Assembly (NCBI GenBank): GCA_942492615.1
Contig: CALOFL010000023.1
Location: 230,832 to 294,831 of the forward strand
Source of the DNA: Candidatus Krumholzibacteriia bacterium
Lineage (GTDB): Bacteria; Krumholzibacteriota; Krumholzibacteriia; LZORAL124-64-63
Reading direction: 5' to 3'
DNA: 64,000 bases
The position numbers were made by a program, and so were the translations under genes. Shown piece after piece: positions 19,703 to 30,068 of the stretch. The notes beneath the pieces were generated by a model that saw nothing but the letters and a program-made list of their open reading frames with translations, did no database searches and was not told the origin of the DNA. Position 1 is the first letter of the stretch; the number at the start of each line of letters is the position of its first letter.

Positions 19703-20269
19703 ATGCAAGGCCAACGTCCGCCGGCCCGCTTCGAAATCGCCCGCACCGCTCTGGTCGTCGTCGACATCCAGGAGAAGTTCCGCGGGTTGATCCACGGCAT
19801 GGACCGTGTGATCGAAGCGGCCAGCCGCCTGATCCGCTTTGCCGGGCAGGTGGACATCCCCATCCTGGTCACCGAACACTACCCCCGTGGTCTCGGTGAA
19901 ACGGTGCCGGAGGTCCGCAGTCTTCTCGAGCCCTTCGCACCGGTGGAGAAGATCCATTTCAGCTGCTGCGGCTCCGCGGAGTTCAACCAGGCCCTCAAGG
20001 ACTGCGGCCGCAGCCAGATCATCCTGTGCGGCATCGAAACCCATGTCTGCATCTACCAGACCGCCTTCGACCTGCTCCACCAGGACAACCAGGTCGCCGT
20101 GGCGATCGACGCGGTCAGTTCGTGCTCCGCGGTCGACCGCGAGATCGGTCTGCGCCGGATGTCGGAGATCGGCGTCCAGAGCATGGGCGCGCAGATGCTG
20201 ATGTTCGAACTGCTGAAGAAAGCGGGCACGCCCCAGTTCAAGGCGGTCGCCGACATCCTCAAGGAATAG
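19703..20269 (+). CDS. Isochorismatase-family cysteine hydrolase
   Basis: VVVDIQEKF...ILCGIETHVCIYQTAFDL contains the catalytic Cys in a YcaC/isochorismatase-like context. AAGGA Shine-Dalgarno. Confidence 0.8.
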   Translation: MQGQRPPARFEIARTALVVVDIQEKFRGLIHGMDRVIEAASRLIRFAGQVDIPILVTEHYPRGLGETVPEVRSLLEPFAPVEKIHFSCCGSAEFNQALKDCGRSQIILCGIETHVCIYQTAFDLLHQDNQVAVAIDAVSSCSAVDREIGLRRMSEIGVQSMGAQMLMFELLKKAGTPQFKAVADILKE

Positions 20270-20310
20270 CCCGTCCCCGCGGGCCGCTGCGGAACACCTG
20301 GAAAACACAC

Positions 20311-20337
20311 GGGGCCGCCACTTGCAGTGGCGGCCCC
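20311..20337. terminator. Probable bidirectional terminator hairpin between convergent genes
   Basis: Perfect 12-bp stem ggggccgccact / agtggcggcccc with a 3-nt loop. A U-rich tail is present on the minus-strand side (gtgtgttttcc). Confidence 0.5.
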
Positions 20338-20362
20338 GGTGATGTTGGTCCTCCGGAGTGTC

Positions 20363-21253
20363 CTAACTCTGCAGCTGGTTCATGTGCACGACCCGCTGCG
20401 GGAAGGGAATCTCGATGCCGGCGGCGTCGAAGGCTTCCTTGGTGGCCTTGTGCATGTCGAAATTGACATTCCAGTAGTCGCCCGCCTTGACCCAGGGGCG
20501 GAAGACGATGTTCACGCTCGAATCGGCCAGTTCCTTGACCGCGATGGTCGTGGCGGGGTCGTCGAGCACCCGGCTGTCGTTCCTGGCCAGGTCGCCCAGG
20601 ATCTTGATGGCCTGGTTGATGTCAGAGTCGTACCCGATCCCCATGACCATGTCCACCCGGCGGGTGTCGTAGCCGTTGAAGTTCTTGATGATGTCGCCGA
20701 ACAGTTTCCCGTTCGGCACGATGATACGGATGTTGTCGGGTGTGGCCATCGTCGTGCTGAAGATCTGGATCTCGATCACCTTGCCCATGACGCCCGCGGC
20801 TTCGATCATGTCACCGGCCTTGAACGGCCGGAACAGGAGCAGCATCACCCCGGAGGCGAAGTTGGCGAGCGTACCCTGCATGGCCATGCCGACCGCGAAG
20901 CCGGCGGCACCGAGGATAGCCACGAAGCTCGCCGTCTGAACGCCGAATTGACCGACCGTGGCGATGACGGTGAAGGCCATGATGGCGAAATAGATCAAGC
21001 TGCCGATGAATCCGGTCAGGCTGGGATCGACTCCGCGGGCGTTCATCACCTTCTTGACTCCCCGCCGCAGTGCTCCGGCCACGAAGCGGCCGAGCAGGAG
21101 GATCAGGATCGCGCCGAGGATCTTCAACCCGATGGCCGGTCCGTTGGCCTTGAGGAACTCCAGGGCATTCATCCACAGGGTGGGGTCTTTGAGAGCCGTC
21201 GCGGCATCGGTGACGTCACCGCCGGTCTGGGCCTGAGCGAGAAAGTTCAGCAT
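20363..21253 (-). CDS. Small-conductance mechanosensitive channel (MscS family)
   Basis: Three TM helices and the conserved MscS beta-domain (GDMIEAAGVMGKVIEIQIFSTTMATPDNIRIIVPNGKL). The start was chosen at MLNFLAQ after a GAGGGGGA Shine-Dalgarno; the ORF track extends to 21337. Confidence 0.75.
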   Translation of the reverse strand: MLNFLAQAQTGGDVTDAATALKDPTLWMNALEFLKANGPAIGLKILGAILILLLGRFVAGALRRGVKKVMNARGVDPSLTGFIGSLIYFAIMAFTVIATVGQFGVQTASFVAILGAAGFAVGMAMQGTLANFASGVMLLLFRPFKAGDMIEAAGVMGKVIEIQIFSTTMATPDNIRIIVPNGKLFGDIIKNFNGYDTRRVDMVMGIGYDSDINQAIKILGDLARNDSRVLDDPATTIAVKELADSSVNIVFRPWVKAGDYWNVNFDMHKATKEAFDAAGIEIPFPQRVVHMNQLQS

Positions 21254-21423
21254 GGGATCCCCCTCAAATACGGAATCGAATTCCGGATGGGTCATTGATG
21301 GGCTCCCGGAGCGGGGCCCGTAGCTTACCTGAAGCATGATAAACTAGCCGGCTGGGCCGGGCTGTCAACAGTCGACTTTGATTTTCAACTTCCGCCGGAC
21401 CCGCCCCGACCGGTCGGCCCGGT

Positions 21424-22515
21424 TCAACGACCGGCGCTCTCAATGACCACGTCGATGCGGCGGTTCAGCGCCCGGCCCTCCGGGCTGCTGTTCGGGGCGA
21501 CCGGTTTGTCCGGACCGAAGCCCTCGGTCCGGATGGCGCCCTCGGCGACGCCCGTTTTCTGCTCGAGCAGGCGCGCGACGGTTTCGGCCCGACGCCGGCT
21601 GAGCCTCAAGTTGGCGTCGCGGCTGCCGGTGTCGTCGGTGTGCCCCTCGACGCGGAATCCGCTGCCGGGAAACAGGCTCATCGCCTGCGCGATCTTGTTC
21701 ACCAGGGCGTCCTGCCCCGCTTTCAGCGCGGCGCTGCCGACCCCGAACGAGATGCCGTAGACCCGCAGGAGTACCTCTCCGCCGGCGGTCAGGAGAATCT
21801 CGCCTTCGTCGTTGCCGATCGACGACCGGATCGTTGCGATGGCCGCATCCCGCTGCTGCTTCTTGGTCAGGACCGACTCGGCCGCGGACCGGTCGGCCTC
21901 GGCCACGCCCACCCGCAATTCGGTTTCCCAGAGCTGTCGGCGCAGGGAACTGACTTCGATTTCGAGAGCCGTGATCAGGGATTCCTGCTCGGCCGCCCGG
22001 CCGCCGAGCGATTCGCGATAGCGCCGGTTTTCCACCGTCAGGGAATCGACGAGCACCTGCCGCGCGAGGTTTTCCGTATTCAAACGCTCGATGAGATCAC
22101 CCGCCGCAGCGCTCCCGGACAGTTCGGCCGCAGGTTCCAGCCCTTGCAGGGCACCGATTTCCCGTAAAGCCTGGTCGAAGCGTCCCAGCAGGGCTTCCAT
22201 ACCGCTTTTCTTCTTCCTCATTTCATCCACGAAGGCCGCCGCATTGACCAGGCGACGGGCCTCGGTCTCCAGCTCGGCCCAGCTGTCAGCGGAGGTGCCG
22301 CCGTTTTCGGCCACTTTCAAGCGGCTGTCCAGATCCCACCAGGCATGGGGCAACTGGCCCTTGGCCCCCAGTTTCTTGGCCTGATCCATGAGACGGCGGA
22401 CCTCCGCGCCCGGAGCCGGCTGCTCCTCCTGCGCGACCAGGGGCGCGGCGATCATCAGGATCCCCAGTAGCAGCAGGGACCGCAGGATCGCCCGCGACGT
22501 ATCAGCAAATCGCAT
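21424..22515 (-). CDS. OmpA-family protein: signal peptide, coiled-coil region and C-terminal OmpA peptidoglycan-binding domain
   Basis: C-terminus VEGHTDDTGSRDANLRLSRRRAETVARLL...RRIDVVIE. Signal peptide MRFADTSRAILRSLLLLGILMIAAPLVAQ. Heptad-rich Glu/Leu/Arg middle section. Confidence 0.8.
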   Translation of the reverse strand: MRFADTSRAILRSLLLLGILMIAAPLVAQEEQPAPGAEVRRLMDQAKKLGAKGQLPHAWWDLDSRLKVAENGGTSADSWAELETEARRLVNAAAFVDEMRKKKSGMEALLGRFDQALREIGALQGLEPAAELSGSAAAGDLIERLNTENLARQVLVDSLTVENRRYRESLGGRAAEQESLITALEIEVSSLRRQLWETELRVGVAEADRSAAESVLTKKQQRDAAIATIRSSIGNDEGEILLTAGGEVLLRVYGISFGVGSAALKAGQDALVNKIAQAMSLFPGSGFRVEGHTDDTGSRDANLRLSRRRAETVARLLEQKTGVAEGAIRTEGFGPDKPVAPNSSPEGRALNRRIDVVIESAGR

Positions 22516-22543
22516 CACTATCGTTCCTCCAGGAGGACCCGGT

Positions 22544-23623
22544 TCAAGCCGGGTGATGATCGTCCAGGGCCTTTCGCCGGATATTAACCACTGCCAGACA
22601 TCGCGCAAGGACATCCTGTTCCCGGATCCGGTCCATGCAGTTGTATTCGATGCATCGTTCCATGAAGCAGGTGCGCCGCGACGGACACTTCACATCGGGC
22701 GTGACGGCCCGGCTCCACGGCCCGCGCGGCCCCCAGCGGTCCGGACTCATGGTCACCACCGGCGGATAGAGACCGACGGCGGCCGTTCCCAGCGCGGCCG
22801 CGATATGCAAGGGGCCGGTCGACGGGCCCACAAACAGATCGCCGGCGGCCACGATGCCCAGGAAATCCCGCAGCGGATAGCGGTCAAGCAGAATCTCCAC
22901 GTTCGCCGACAGATGGGGCTTCATGGCCGCGACGGTCGCCGTATCGGCCGCAGAGCCGGTGACGAATACCCGCCAGCCCGGTTGCCGCCCCAGCGCATTG
23001 GCAACCCCGGCGAAACGGGCGGGTTCCCAGTCCAGTGCCGAACCGCCCGATCCGGGGTGGACAAAGGCCACGGTGCCGGCACCGGCTGCCTCGACGGCCA
23101 GGAATCGCCGGCCGATCTCGCGCTGACCATCGGTCAGGTACAGCTGCGGCTCCGGATGGTCCCGGGCGTCGCGCTTCCAGTCCGCCGGCCAGCCCTCGAT
23201 CAGGCGCCGGGCCAGGCGCAGGTTCTGGGTCAACTCGTGCCGGCGCCCGCGGGAACGCGCCTGCCACGATCCCCGGTTCAGCAGGAACCAGCTCGACATC
23301 TTGGACAGGGGGCCCAGACGGCGCGGAATCTGCGCCCGGTGCATCAGGGCCGCCAGTGCGTGCCGGTACTGCAGCAGAACCACCGCGGTGAAACCCTCGG
23401 CGGCCAGCCGTCGTTCGAGGTCTGCGTGTTCGGCGGGGGTGCCGGCGTCGTTCCAGGTCCAGACCGCGGTGATGTGGGGATTGTTTTCCACCAGGGGAAC
23501 CGATCCGGGCGCAACCAGCGCATGGACCTCCCACGCCGGACGCCGGGTCTTGATGTACTCGAAGACCGGCAGCGAGAGCACGAGGTCACCCAGACGGTCG
23601 GTTCTGACCACCAGCACCTTCAC
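22544..23623 (-). CDS. ADP-heptose:LPS heptosyltransferase (glycosyltransferase family 9)
   Basis: N-terminus VKVLVVRTDRLGDLVLSLPV and later GSGGSALDWEPARF...LFVGPSTGPLHIAAALGT. GTG start overlaps the upstream stop (GTGA). Confidence 0.7.
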   Translation of the reverse strand: MKVLVVRTDRLGDLVLSLPVFEYIKTRRPAWEVHALVAPGSVPLVENNPHITAVWTWNDAGTPAEHADLERRLAAEGFTAVVLLQYRHALAALMHRAQIPRRLGPLSKMSSWFLLNRGSWQARSRGRRHELTQNLRLARRLIEGWPADWKRDARDHPEPQLYLTDGQREIGRRFLAVEAAGAGTVAFVHPGSGGSALDWEPARFAGVANALGRQPGWRVFVTGSAADTATVAAMKPHLSANVEILLDRYPLRDFLGIVAAGDLFVGPSTGPLHIAAALGTAAVGLYPPVVTMSPDRWGPRGPWSRAVTPDVKCPSRRTCFMERCIEYNCMDRIREQDVLARCLAVVNIRRKALDDHHPA

Positions 23624-24360
23624 CGACGCCCCATCCGCCAGAGCTTGGTGTACTTGCTCAGAACGTAGAAGCCGGACGACCAGCACAGAACCGTTCCGGC
23701 CATGCCGTCCAGAAATCCGCCTTTCAACAGCCACATGCGCCAGAAGGTAGCTTCGGCGCGCACCACGGCCGCCAGCAGACCCGAGCGCCGGCCCTGGGCG
23801 TACATCTCCTCGGCGGCGAGGGTCGTGTACCGGTTCAGCTTCGTGATGTACTGTTCCATGGTTTCGTAGGTGTAGTGGCGGAGAATGCCGCCCAAGCGGC
23901 CGACGGCGCCCGCGGTTTCGATGCCTTCGTGAACCGGCTTGTCGTTGAAACCGGCCCGGCGGCGGTCGAACAGGCGCACGACGTGTTCGGGGTGCCACCC
24001 GCAGCGGCGGATCCAGCGCCCGAGAAACCGGCTGAGGCGGTTGACGGTAAAGGCGGCTTCGGGCGGGTCGTCGGGCAAGGCCTCGATGGCCGCCCGCAGT
24101 TCCGGCGTGACCTCCTCGTCCGAATCGATGCTCAGCACCCAGGGGTTCCGGCACAGGCCGGCCGCCTTGTCCTTGGTCGGCCCGAAGCCGAGCCATTCCG
24201 TCTGGTGGAGGACGGCCCCGCGTCGCGCGCAGACGCCGGCGGTGTCGTCGGTGCTGCCCTGGTCCAGGACGATGATCTCATCGGCAAAATCCAGGGACGC
24301 CAGACACCGGTCCAGCTCCGCGGCCGCATTCAAGGTGATGATGGCGGCCGAGATCTTCAC
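23620..24360 (-). CDS. Glycosyltransferase family 2
   Basis: ISAAIITLNAAAELDRCLASL...IIVLDQGSTDDT with the DxD region. GTG start overlaps the upstream stop (GTGA). Confidence 0.7.
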   Translation of the reverse strand: MKISAAIITLNAAAELDRCLASLDFADEIIVLDQGSTDDTAGVCARRGAVLHQTEWLGFGPTKDKAAGLCRNPWVLSIDSDEEVTPELRAAIEALPDDPPEAAFTVNRLSRFLGRWIRRCGWHPEHVVRLFDRRRAGFNDKPVHEGIETAGAVGRLGGILRHYTYETMEQYITKLNRYTTLAAEEMYAQGRRSGLLAAVVRAEATFWRMWLLKGGFLDGMAGTVLCWSSGFYVLSKYTKLWRMGRR

Positions 24361-25403
24361 GCCGCGTCTCCCGGCACCAGCACGATCTTGCCCACGTTGA
24401 GCCTCTCCTCGAGCCGCCGGTGCGCTTCGCCCGCAGCGTCGAACGGCAACACCCGGTCGATCACCGGAGCGATCTTTCCGGCGGTGAGCAGGGCGAGCAA
24501 CGCGTGCATCCAGGCGGCCGTGCGCTCGCGCCGGTCCCACATCCGGCCCAGATTGACGCCGGCCACCGATTTGTTGTCGTTCATCAGGCGGATGGGGTTC
24601 AGCTGGAACCAGGGCACGCGGGCCAGGGTCCCCAGCGCCGACAGCACGCCCGAGCCGCTGCCCTGCGCCGCGTTCGAGAACCCGAACAGGACCAGCCGGC
24701 CGCACTTCCCCAGGCTGCGGTAGCTCTCCATGATCCAGGGGCCGTGCCGCGGTTCGAGGGCCACATCCACGCCGCGGCCGCCGGTGGCGGCGCGGACCGA
24801 CGAGGCGAACTTCTTCTGCCGCGAATCGAACACGTGCACCAGACCCTGGTCGCGCAGTCGGTCGTGCTTCGCGCCCGAGGCCGAACCCATGACGTGGGCG
24901 CCGGCGAGCCCGACCAGCTGGATCACCGCCTGCCCGACACCTCCGGCCGCCGAATGGACGAGGACCGTTTCTCCGGGAGCCACCGGCGCCATCACCCGGA
25001 CCATCTGCCAGGCGGTCAGGTAGTTGACCGGAACCGCAGCGGCCGTCACCGCATCGAGACCCTCGGGGCGGACCCAGACCTGGCCCACCGGCAGCGCGAC
25101 GAACTCGCTGTAGCCGCCGAAGTTGCACATCGCCACGACCGGCTTGTCGATCAGGGATGCGTCGCAGCCTGCCCCGATGCCGGCCACCGTCCCGGCGATC
25201 TCGTAGCCCGGCACCGCCGGCAGCTTGGGCGCGTCGGGGTACAATCCCCGGCGCATCATGACGTCGGCGAAGTTGACGCCGGCGGCCTCCACCCGCACCA
25301 GGACCATCCCCGGGCCGGGCTCCGGCACGGGTGCCTGCCTGATCTCCAGGGTGTCAGGACCGCCCTTGGCGGTGATCCAGATTTGACGCATCATCCCCGT
25401 CAT
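24357..25403 (-). CDS. Zinc-type alcohol dehydrogenase-like / NADPH:quinone oxidoreductase (MDR superfamily)
   Basis: GroES-like N-terminus and Rossmann motif VLVHSAAGGVGQAVIQL. Confidence 0.8.
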   Translation of the reverse strand: MTGMMRQIWITAKGGPDTLEIRQAPVPEPGPGMVLVRVEAAGVNFADVMMRRGLYPDAPKLPAVPGYEIAGTVAGIGAGCDASLIDKPVVAMCNFGGYSEFVALPVGQVWVRPEGLDAVTAAAVPVNYLTAWQMVRVMAPVAPGETVLVHSAAGGVGQAVIQLVGLAGAHVMGSASGAKHDRLRDQGLVHVFDSRQKKFASSVRAATGGRGVDVALEPRHGPWIMESYRSLGKCGRLVLFGFSNAAQGSGSGVLSALGTLARVPWFQLNPIRLMNDNKSVAGVNLGRMWDRRERTAAWMHALLALLTAGKIAPVIDRVLPFDAAGEAHRRLEERLNVGKIVLVPGDAA

Positions 25404-25418
25404 CCTTTCGGCCGCGGG

Positions 25419-27218
25419 TTACTGGAAGAAGAAGGAACCCGGTTTCGTGGACGGGATCCTGTACTCGGGATAGCTGGGATTCCCCACGTCGAAGTCCAGG
25501 CCCAGATCGCCGTTGCCGATGTTGTTCACGAGCAGGAACCGGATCTCCACCTCGGGCAGCACCAGGTTGGGATTCTCGATCCGGATGCCCACCCCCAGGT
25601 TTCCGTAGAATTTCGCCTGCAGCAGGGGTTCCTTCTCGCCGGCGACGGCCCCGATGTCGGAGAAGGCGCTGACCATGAACCTGAAGCCCAGCAGGTTCCA
25701 CGGCGTGAAGACCCGCGAATCGAGTTTGAGGACCAGGCGCTGGCTGCCCAGCACCCGGTTGTTCTCCAGGCCCCGGATTCCCGTGCGATCCCCGAGCATC
25801 AAGGCGGTGTCGGCGTACCAGTTGATCGCCCGGTGGTAGTCCAGGCGGGACAGGAAGCGGTGCTTGTACTTCCCCTTGCCCATCAGGGGGGAAATATAGC
25901 TGACCGTCAGCCACAGGTTGCCCTCCTCGAAGACATGGTCCCGATAATGACCCCCCAGGCGCGCGCCCGCCACCCATATGTCGCCCGCGTTGCGAATCGA
26001 GGCGTAGACCAGCTCCGTGAAGACGCCGGTGCGGTCGTAGAATTCGCGCCATTCGTAACCGGCCGACAGCTTGGCTGCCAGTCCGGCGGGCACATCCTCG
26101 GTCTCGCCCATCCGGTAGAGATAGCTCGTCTTGTAGTACTTCAACCGCTGGTAGGCCACGCTGCCCAGGAGTGACTTCGTATCATGATAGGCGCGGTTGG
26201 TGTCCGCATCGACGGACGGCCGCTCGCTGAATATCGTCTGATTGAACCGCGCGGCCGGCACCAGCACCGGCCTGGCGGCGGTCAGGTCGGCCCGGCCCTC
26301 GCTGAGCTGGATGGTGCGTCCGGCCCAGTAGTCGCCGAGATAGAAACGGCGCGGAATACCTTCGTTGTCGCGGACATCCGTGTCTTCCCAGAAGGCTCCG
26401 CCCACCCACTTGATGGCCGGGTGGACGAGGTCCCGTTCGAATCCTATCTGTCGTTGGAGGCGTTCCCAGGAATCCTCGTACTGGAGAGCCAGGTCGATGA
26501 AGGTGCCCCGCACATTCCGCTTGGACACGGTCCCCCGGTAGCCCAGATCGGGCTCGCGGTCGCCCCGGTAGATGAGCCGGTTCTCGAGGCGAATGCCCAG
26601 CCCGCCGAGGTTGCTGAAGTAGAGGCTGGCGACGTACCGGTCGACGTCCTTGACCGTGCCGGTGATCCCGAAGGGCCACTTGTCGCGGACCTCCACCACC
26701 ACTGCGATCGTTTCGACCTCCCCCTGGAGGGGAATCAGGGTGATGCGGACGTCGTTGATGAAATCCAGCTGGCGGAGCATCCGCTCGGAGTCGGCCAGGG
26801 CGAACGGATCGACGACCTGACCCTGCTCGAACAGCAGGTACTCCCGGATGACGCGGTCCTGCGTGTAGGCATGTATCGGGCGGGTGGCGGTGTTCAGCAA
26901 CCGCTGGCCGGTGGCCTTGTCCTGGTTCCACTCCTGGTCGAAGCGGGCCACCTGGGAGACGATCACCACCTCGATGGGCTTGCCGATGTGACGGGAATAC
27001 TTGTCGACCGCCTGGACGGCTTGACCGTCGAGCAGGTCCCCCTCCTGGGGCGTATCGACGAGGTATCGTTTGAAGGCCCTCGTCAACCAGGAACCGCTTT
27101 CGGTCACGGTGTCGGCGGCGGCGGCCGCATTCGTCGTCGCCGCACCGTCCTGGCCGCAGGCCGCCGACGCCGCCAGCAGGCAGACGACCACCAGCGGGCC
27201 GAACAGACGCGGCGACAT
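25419..27218 (-). CDS. Omp85-family outer-membrane protein (TamA/BamA-like), with a POTRA-like region followed by a beta-barrel
   Basis: Signal peptide. POTRA-like segment (VIREYLLFEQGQVVDPFALADSERMLRQLDFINDVRITLIP). Long amphipathic beta-strand-rich C-terminal half ending GSFFFQ. Confidence 0.55.
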   Translation of the reverse strand: MSPRLFGPLVVVCLLAASAACGQDGAATTNAAAAADTVTESGSWLTRAFKRYLVDTPQEGDLLDGQAVQAVDKYSRHIGKPIEVVIVSQVARFDQEWNQDKATGQRLLNTATRPIHAYTQDRVIREYLLFEQGQVVDPFALADSERMLRQLDFINDVRITLIPLQGEVETIAVVVEVRDKWPFGITGTVKDVDRYVASLYFSNLGGLGIRLENRLIYRGDREPDLGYRGTVSKRNVRGTFIDLALQYEDSWERLQRQIGFERDLVHPAIKWVGGAFWEDTDVRDNEGIPRRFYLGDYWAGRTIQLSEGRADLTAARPVLVPAARFNQTIFSERPSVDADTNRAYHDTKSLLGSVAYQRLKYYKTSYLYRMGETEDVPAGLAAKLSAGYEWREFYDRTGVFTELVYASIRNAGDIWVAGARLGGHYRDHVFEEGNLWLTVSYISPLMGKGKYKHRFLSRLDYHRAINWYADTALMLGDRTGIRGLENNRVLGSQRLVLKLDSRVFTPWNLLGFRFMVSAFSDIGAVAGEKEPLLQAKFYGNLGVGIRIENPNLVLPEVEIRFLLVNNIGNGDLGLDFDVGNPSYPEYRIPSTKPGSFFFQ

Positions 27219-27221
27219 GCC

Positions 27222-27707
27222 CTAGGCGCCGCAGCAGCGCTTGTACTTCTTGCCGCTGCCGCAGGAACATGGGTCGTTACGGCCGATCTTGGGTTCCTCC
27301 CGAACGACCGGCGTGCGCACCGGGGGCAGGCCTTCGGTAAAATACCAGCGGCCGTCCACCCGCTCGAACTCGGCAATTTCCCGGTAGTGCTGTTCTTCGC
27401 CGTCGAAAGTGTAGCTGGCGATGAACTCCACCTGACCCGTGTCGTCGCCGGATTCGCCGTCCGCGGTGGCGACGATCTCGAGACCGTGCCACTGGGAACT
27501 CTCGGCCCACTCACGGGCACCATCGGCGTCGGCGTCCTCCCGCTTGTCCGGATGCAGGGATTCCTGCAGGAATTCCATCTCCACCTTGACGTAGGAGCTG
27601 TAGCGGGCCCGCATCAGCTCCTCGCAGGTGGCCGCTTCCCTGGTGCCCTTGATGACGGGTTCACAGCAGGCCGCGTAGTCTCTGGTCGATCCACAGGGGC
27701 AGGACAT
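27222..27707 (-). CDS. YchJ/UPF0225 family protein with N- and C-terminal SEC-C zinc-binding motifs
   Basis: N-terminus MSCPCGS...YAACC and C-terminus [16 protein letters not shown]. Confidence 0.8.
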   Translation of the reverse strand: MSCPCGSTRDYAACCEPVIKGTREAATCEELMRARYSSYVKVEMEFLQESLHPDKREDADADGAREWAESSQWHGLEIVATADGESGDDTGQVEFIASYTFDGEEQHYREIAEFERVDGRWYFTEGLPPVRTPVVREEPKIGRNDPCSCGSGKKYKRCCGA

Positions 27708-27791
27708 TAGCCATCTCCATCGAGAGAGGGCCGCCGAAATCTGAAAGGCAGATCGGCGGCCCGGTTGTGTTCAGTGCAGGTCCCGTCAGCC

Positions 27792-29798
27792 TCAGTCGGA
27801 GGCGGCGTTTCGGGCCCCCTTGTACAGGTAGTACCCCAGGGCGCCGAACATCACCAGCGTCAACACGGCCGAAAGCGCGTTGTGCTCGACCCATTCGGTC
27901 ATGCCGATCGCCCGTTCCACGCTCCAGTTGTTCTCACCGGTGCGCCAGGCGCCGATGAACCGGACCGTCGAGGCGATGACCCCCATGATGGCGCCGCCGG
28001 CCACGAAACCGCTGGCCATCAGGGTGCCCTTCTCCTTGCGCTTGGTCTGGTTTTCCTTGCTGCCGCCGAGGGCGACGAAGTGGGCGATCAGACCACCGGC
28101 CAGCACCGGGGTGTTGATCTCCAGCGGCAGGTACATGCCCAGGGCGAACGCCAGGGCGGGCAGCCCGGTCCACTCGAGGATCAGGGCCATGAACATGCCG
28201 GCCATGTACAGCAGCCAGGGTGCGTCCTGACCGGTCATGAGCGGTTCGATCAGGGCGGCCATGGCGTTGGCCTGGGGCGCCTGCAGCGCGTCCTCACCCG
28301 TGAAACCGGGTGTCTTGGCCAGCATCATGATCACGCCGGTGACGAATACCGCGGCGACGATCGTGCCGAGGAACTTCCACTTCTGCTGGGTCTTGGGCGT
28401 CGTGCCCAGCCAGTAGCCGATTTTAAGATCGCTGACGAAGCCGCCGCTCATGCTCAGGGCGGTGCAGACGACCCCGCCGATCAGCAGGGCCGACACGATG
28501 CCGTCGGGCCCCTGCAGGCCCACGGCCTTGAGGATGACCGAGCTGATGATCAGCGTCATCAGGGTCATGCCCGACACCGGGTTGGTGCCCACGATGGCGA
28601 TGGCGCGGGCGGCCACGGTGGTGAACAGAAAGCTGATGACCGCCACGACGACCAGACCGACGATGGCCTGGATGAGCGAGACGTTCGGCACCAGGAAGAG
28701 GAAGAAACAGAACACGGCCACCAGGGTGAGGATGAGGCCGCTGGTCACCAGGTTCATCGGCAGGTCGACCTGGGTCCGCTCGGTCGCCTGGCCGCCGGAA
28801 GCCTGCTGTCCCGCCTTGCTGGCCAGCTTGACGGCGCCGAGGATGATGTCCCGGCTCTTCCAGACCCCGATCAGGCCGGCCATCGCGATGGCGCCGATGC
28901 CCACCGGGCGGACGAAGTGGAAGAAGATGTCGCCGGTTTCCATGCCCGCCAGGCCCTGGACCTGGTAGAGGGTGCCGTCGACGGTCACACCCTTGCCCAG
29001 CAGTCCGATCATGGGCGTCATCACCCACCAGCTGAGGAAAGAGCCGCAGGCGATGATCAACGCGTACCTGAGTCCGATGATGTAGCCCAGGCCCACGATG
29101 GCGGCCTCGGTCATCATGTTGAATTCCAGGCGGACCTTGGAGGACAGGTTGGTTCCCCAGTGGAAGGCCGTCGTGGAGAAGGTCTCGCGCCAGAGCCCGA
29201 AGGTCTGGCTCAGCAGCTGGAAGATGCCGGCGAAGGCGCCGCTCTTCATCAGGATGCTGGCCTGGCCGCCGCCGGCCTCGCCGGCCATCAGCACCTCGGT
29301 GCTGGCCGTCGCCTCCGGGAACGGGAATTCGCCGTGCATGTCCTGGACAAAATAGCGACGGAAGGGAATCAGGAGCAGGATACCCAGGAAACCACCCAGC
29401 AGGGAGGCCAGGCACATCTGGATGAAGTTCGTCTTCTCGGCCAACCCGAGGATGTAGATGCCCGGCAGGGTGAAGATGGCCCCGGCCACGACCACACCCG
29501 AGGCCGAACCGATCGACTGGATCATCACGTTCTGCTGCAGGGCATTCTTCCGGTTGGCACTCAGACCGATCGCCAGGATGGTGATGGGAATCGCCGCCTC
29601 GAAGACCTGGCCGATCTTCAGGCCGAGGTAGGCGCTCGCCGCGGAGAACAGCGCGGCAAAAAACAGCCCCCAAAAAAGCGAATAACCGGTCAGCTCCGGA
29701 ACGATCGACTCGGCCGGCACCACCGGTACGAACTTCTCACCTTCACCGAGTTTGCGGTACGCATTCTCGGGTAGATGCTTGTTGCCACTGATATCCAT
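27792..29798 (-). CDS. OPT-family oligopeptide transporter
   Basis: About 16 TM helices and an OPT-like N-terminus (NKHLPENAYRKLGEGEKFVP...TGYSLFWGLFF). GGAGGTG Shine-Dalgarno. The 42-aa N-terminal extension in the ORF track was trimmed. Confidence 0.8.
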   Translation of the reverse strand: MDISGNKHLPENAYRKLGEGEKFVPVVPAESIVPELTGYSLFWGLFFAALFSAASAYLGLKIGQVFEAAIPITILAIGLSANRKNALQQNVMIQSIGSASGVVVAGAIFTLPGIYILGLAEKTNFIQMCLASLLGGFLGILLLIPFRRYFVQDMHGEFPFPEATASTEVLMAGEAGGGQASILMKSGAFAGIFQLLSQTFGLWRETFSTTAFHWGTNLSSKVRLEFNMMTEAAIVGLGYIIGLRYALIIACGSFLSWWVMTPMIGLLGKGVTVDGTLYQVQGLAGMETGDIFFHFVRPVGIGAIAMAGLIGVWKSRDIILGAVKLASKAGQQASGGQATERTQVDLPMNLVTSGLILTLVAVFCFFLFLVPNVSLIQAIVGLVVVAVISFLFTTVAARAIAIVGTNPVSGMTLMTLIISSVILKAVGLQGPDGIVSALLIGGVVCTALSMSGGFVSDLKIGYWLGTTPKTQQKWKFLGTIVAAVFVTGVIMMLAKTPGFTGEDALQAPQANAMAALIEPLMTGQDAPWLLYMAGMFMALILEWTGLPALAFALGMYLPLEINTPVLAGGLIAHFVALGGSKENQTKRKEKGTLMASGFVAGGAIMGVIASTVRFIGAWRTGENNWSVERAIGMTEWVEHNALSAVLTLVMFGALGYYLYKGARNAASD

Positions 29799-30068
29799 TG
29801 ACACCTCCGCAAGGGGAAAGGTCGTTGGCGCAAAACAGCCGGGCTTTCCCGGTGGTCGCCTTCCTGGAGCCCTGAAGGGCCTGTCACGGTGATGAACCCT
29901 AACACCCCCGGGGCGGTCTAACAAGAATTGATGTCCCGCCTTCAGCCCCGGCGGGGATCCACTTGCCCGACCCGTCGAACGGGCCCATATTGACGGGAAT
30001 CAATTCCAGGAAACGCCGCGGGCCGGCCAGTACGCCGGGTCCGTACTCCCCAACGATGGAGGCCTCAC

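Noticed and set aside
27765-29774. 669-aa plus-strand ORF overlapping the OPT transporter gene
   Set aside because: Antisense artefact (His/Asp/Gly/Arg-rich). The OPT transporter gene on the minus strand is well supported.
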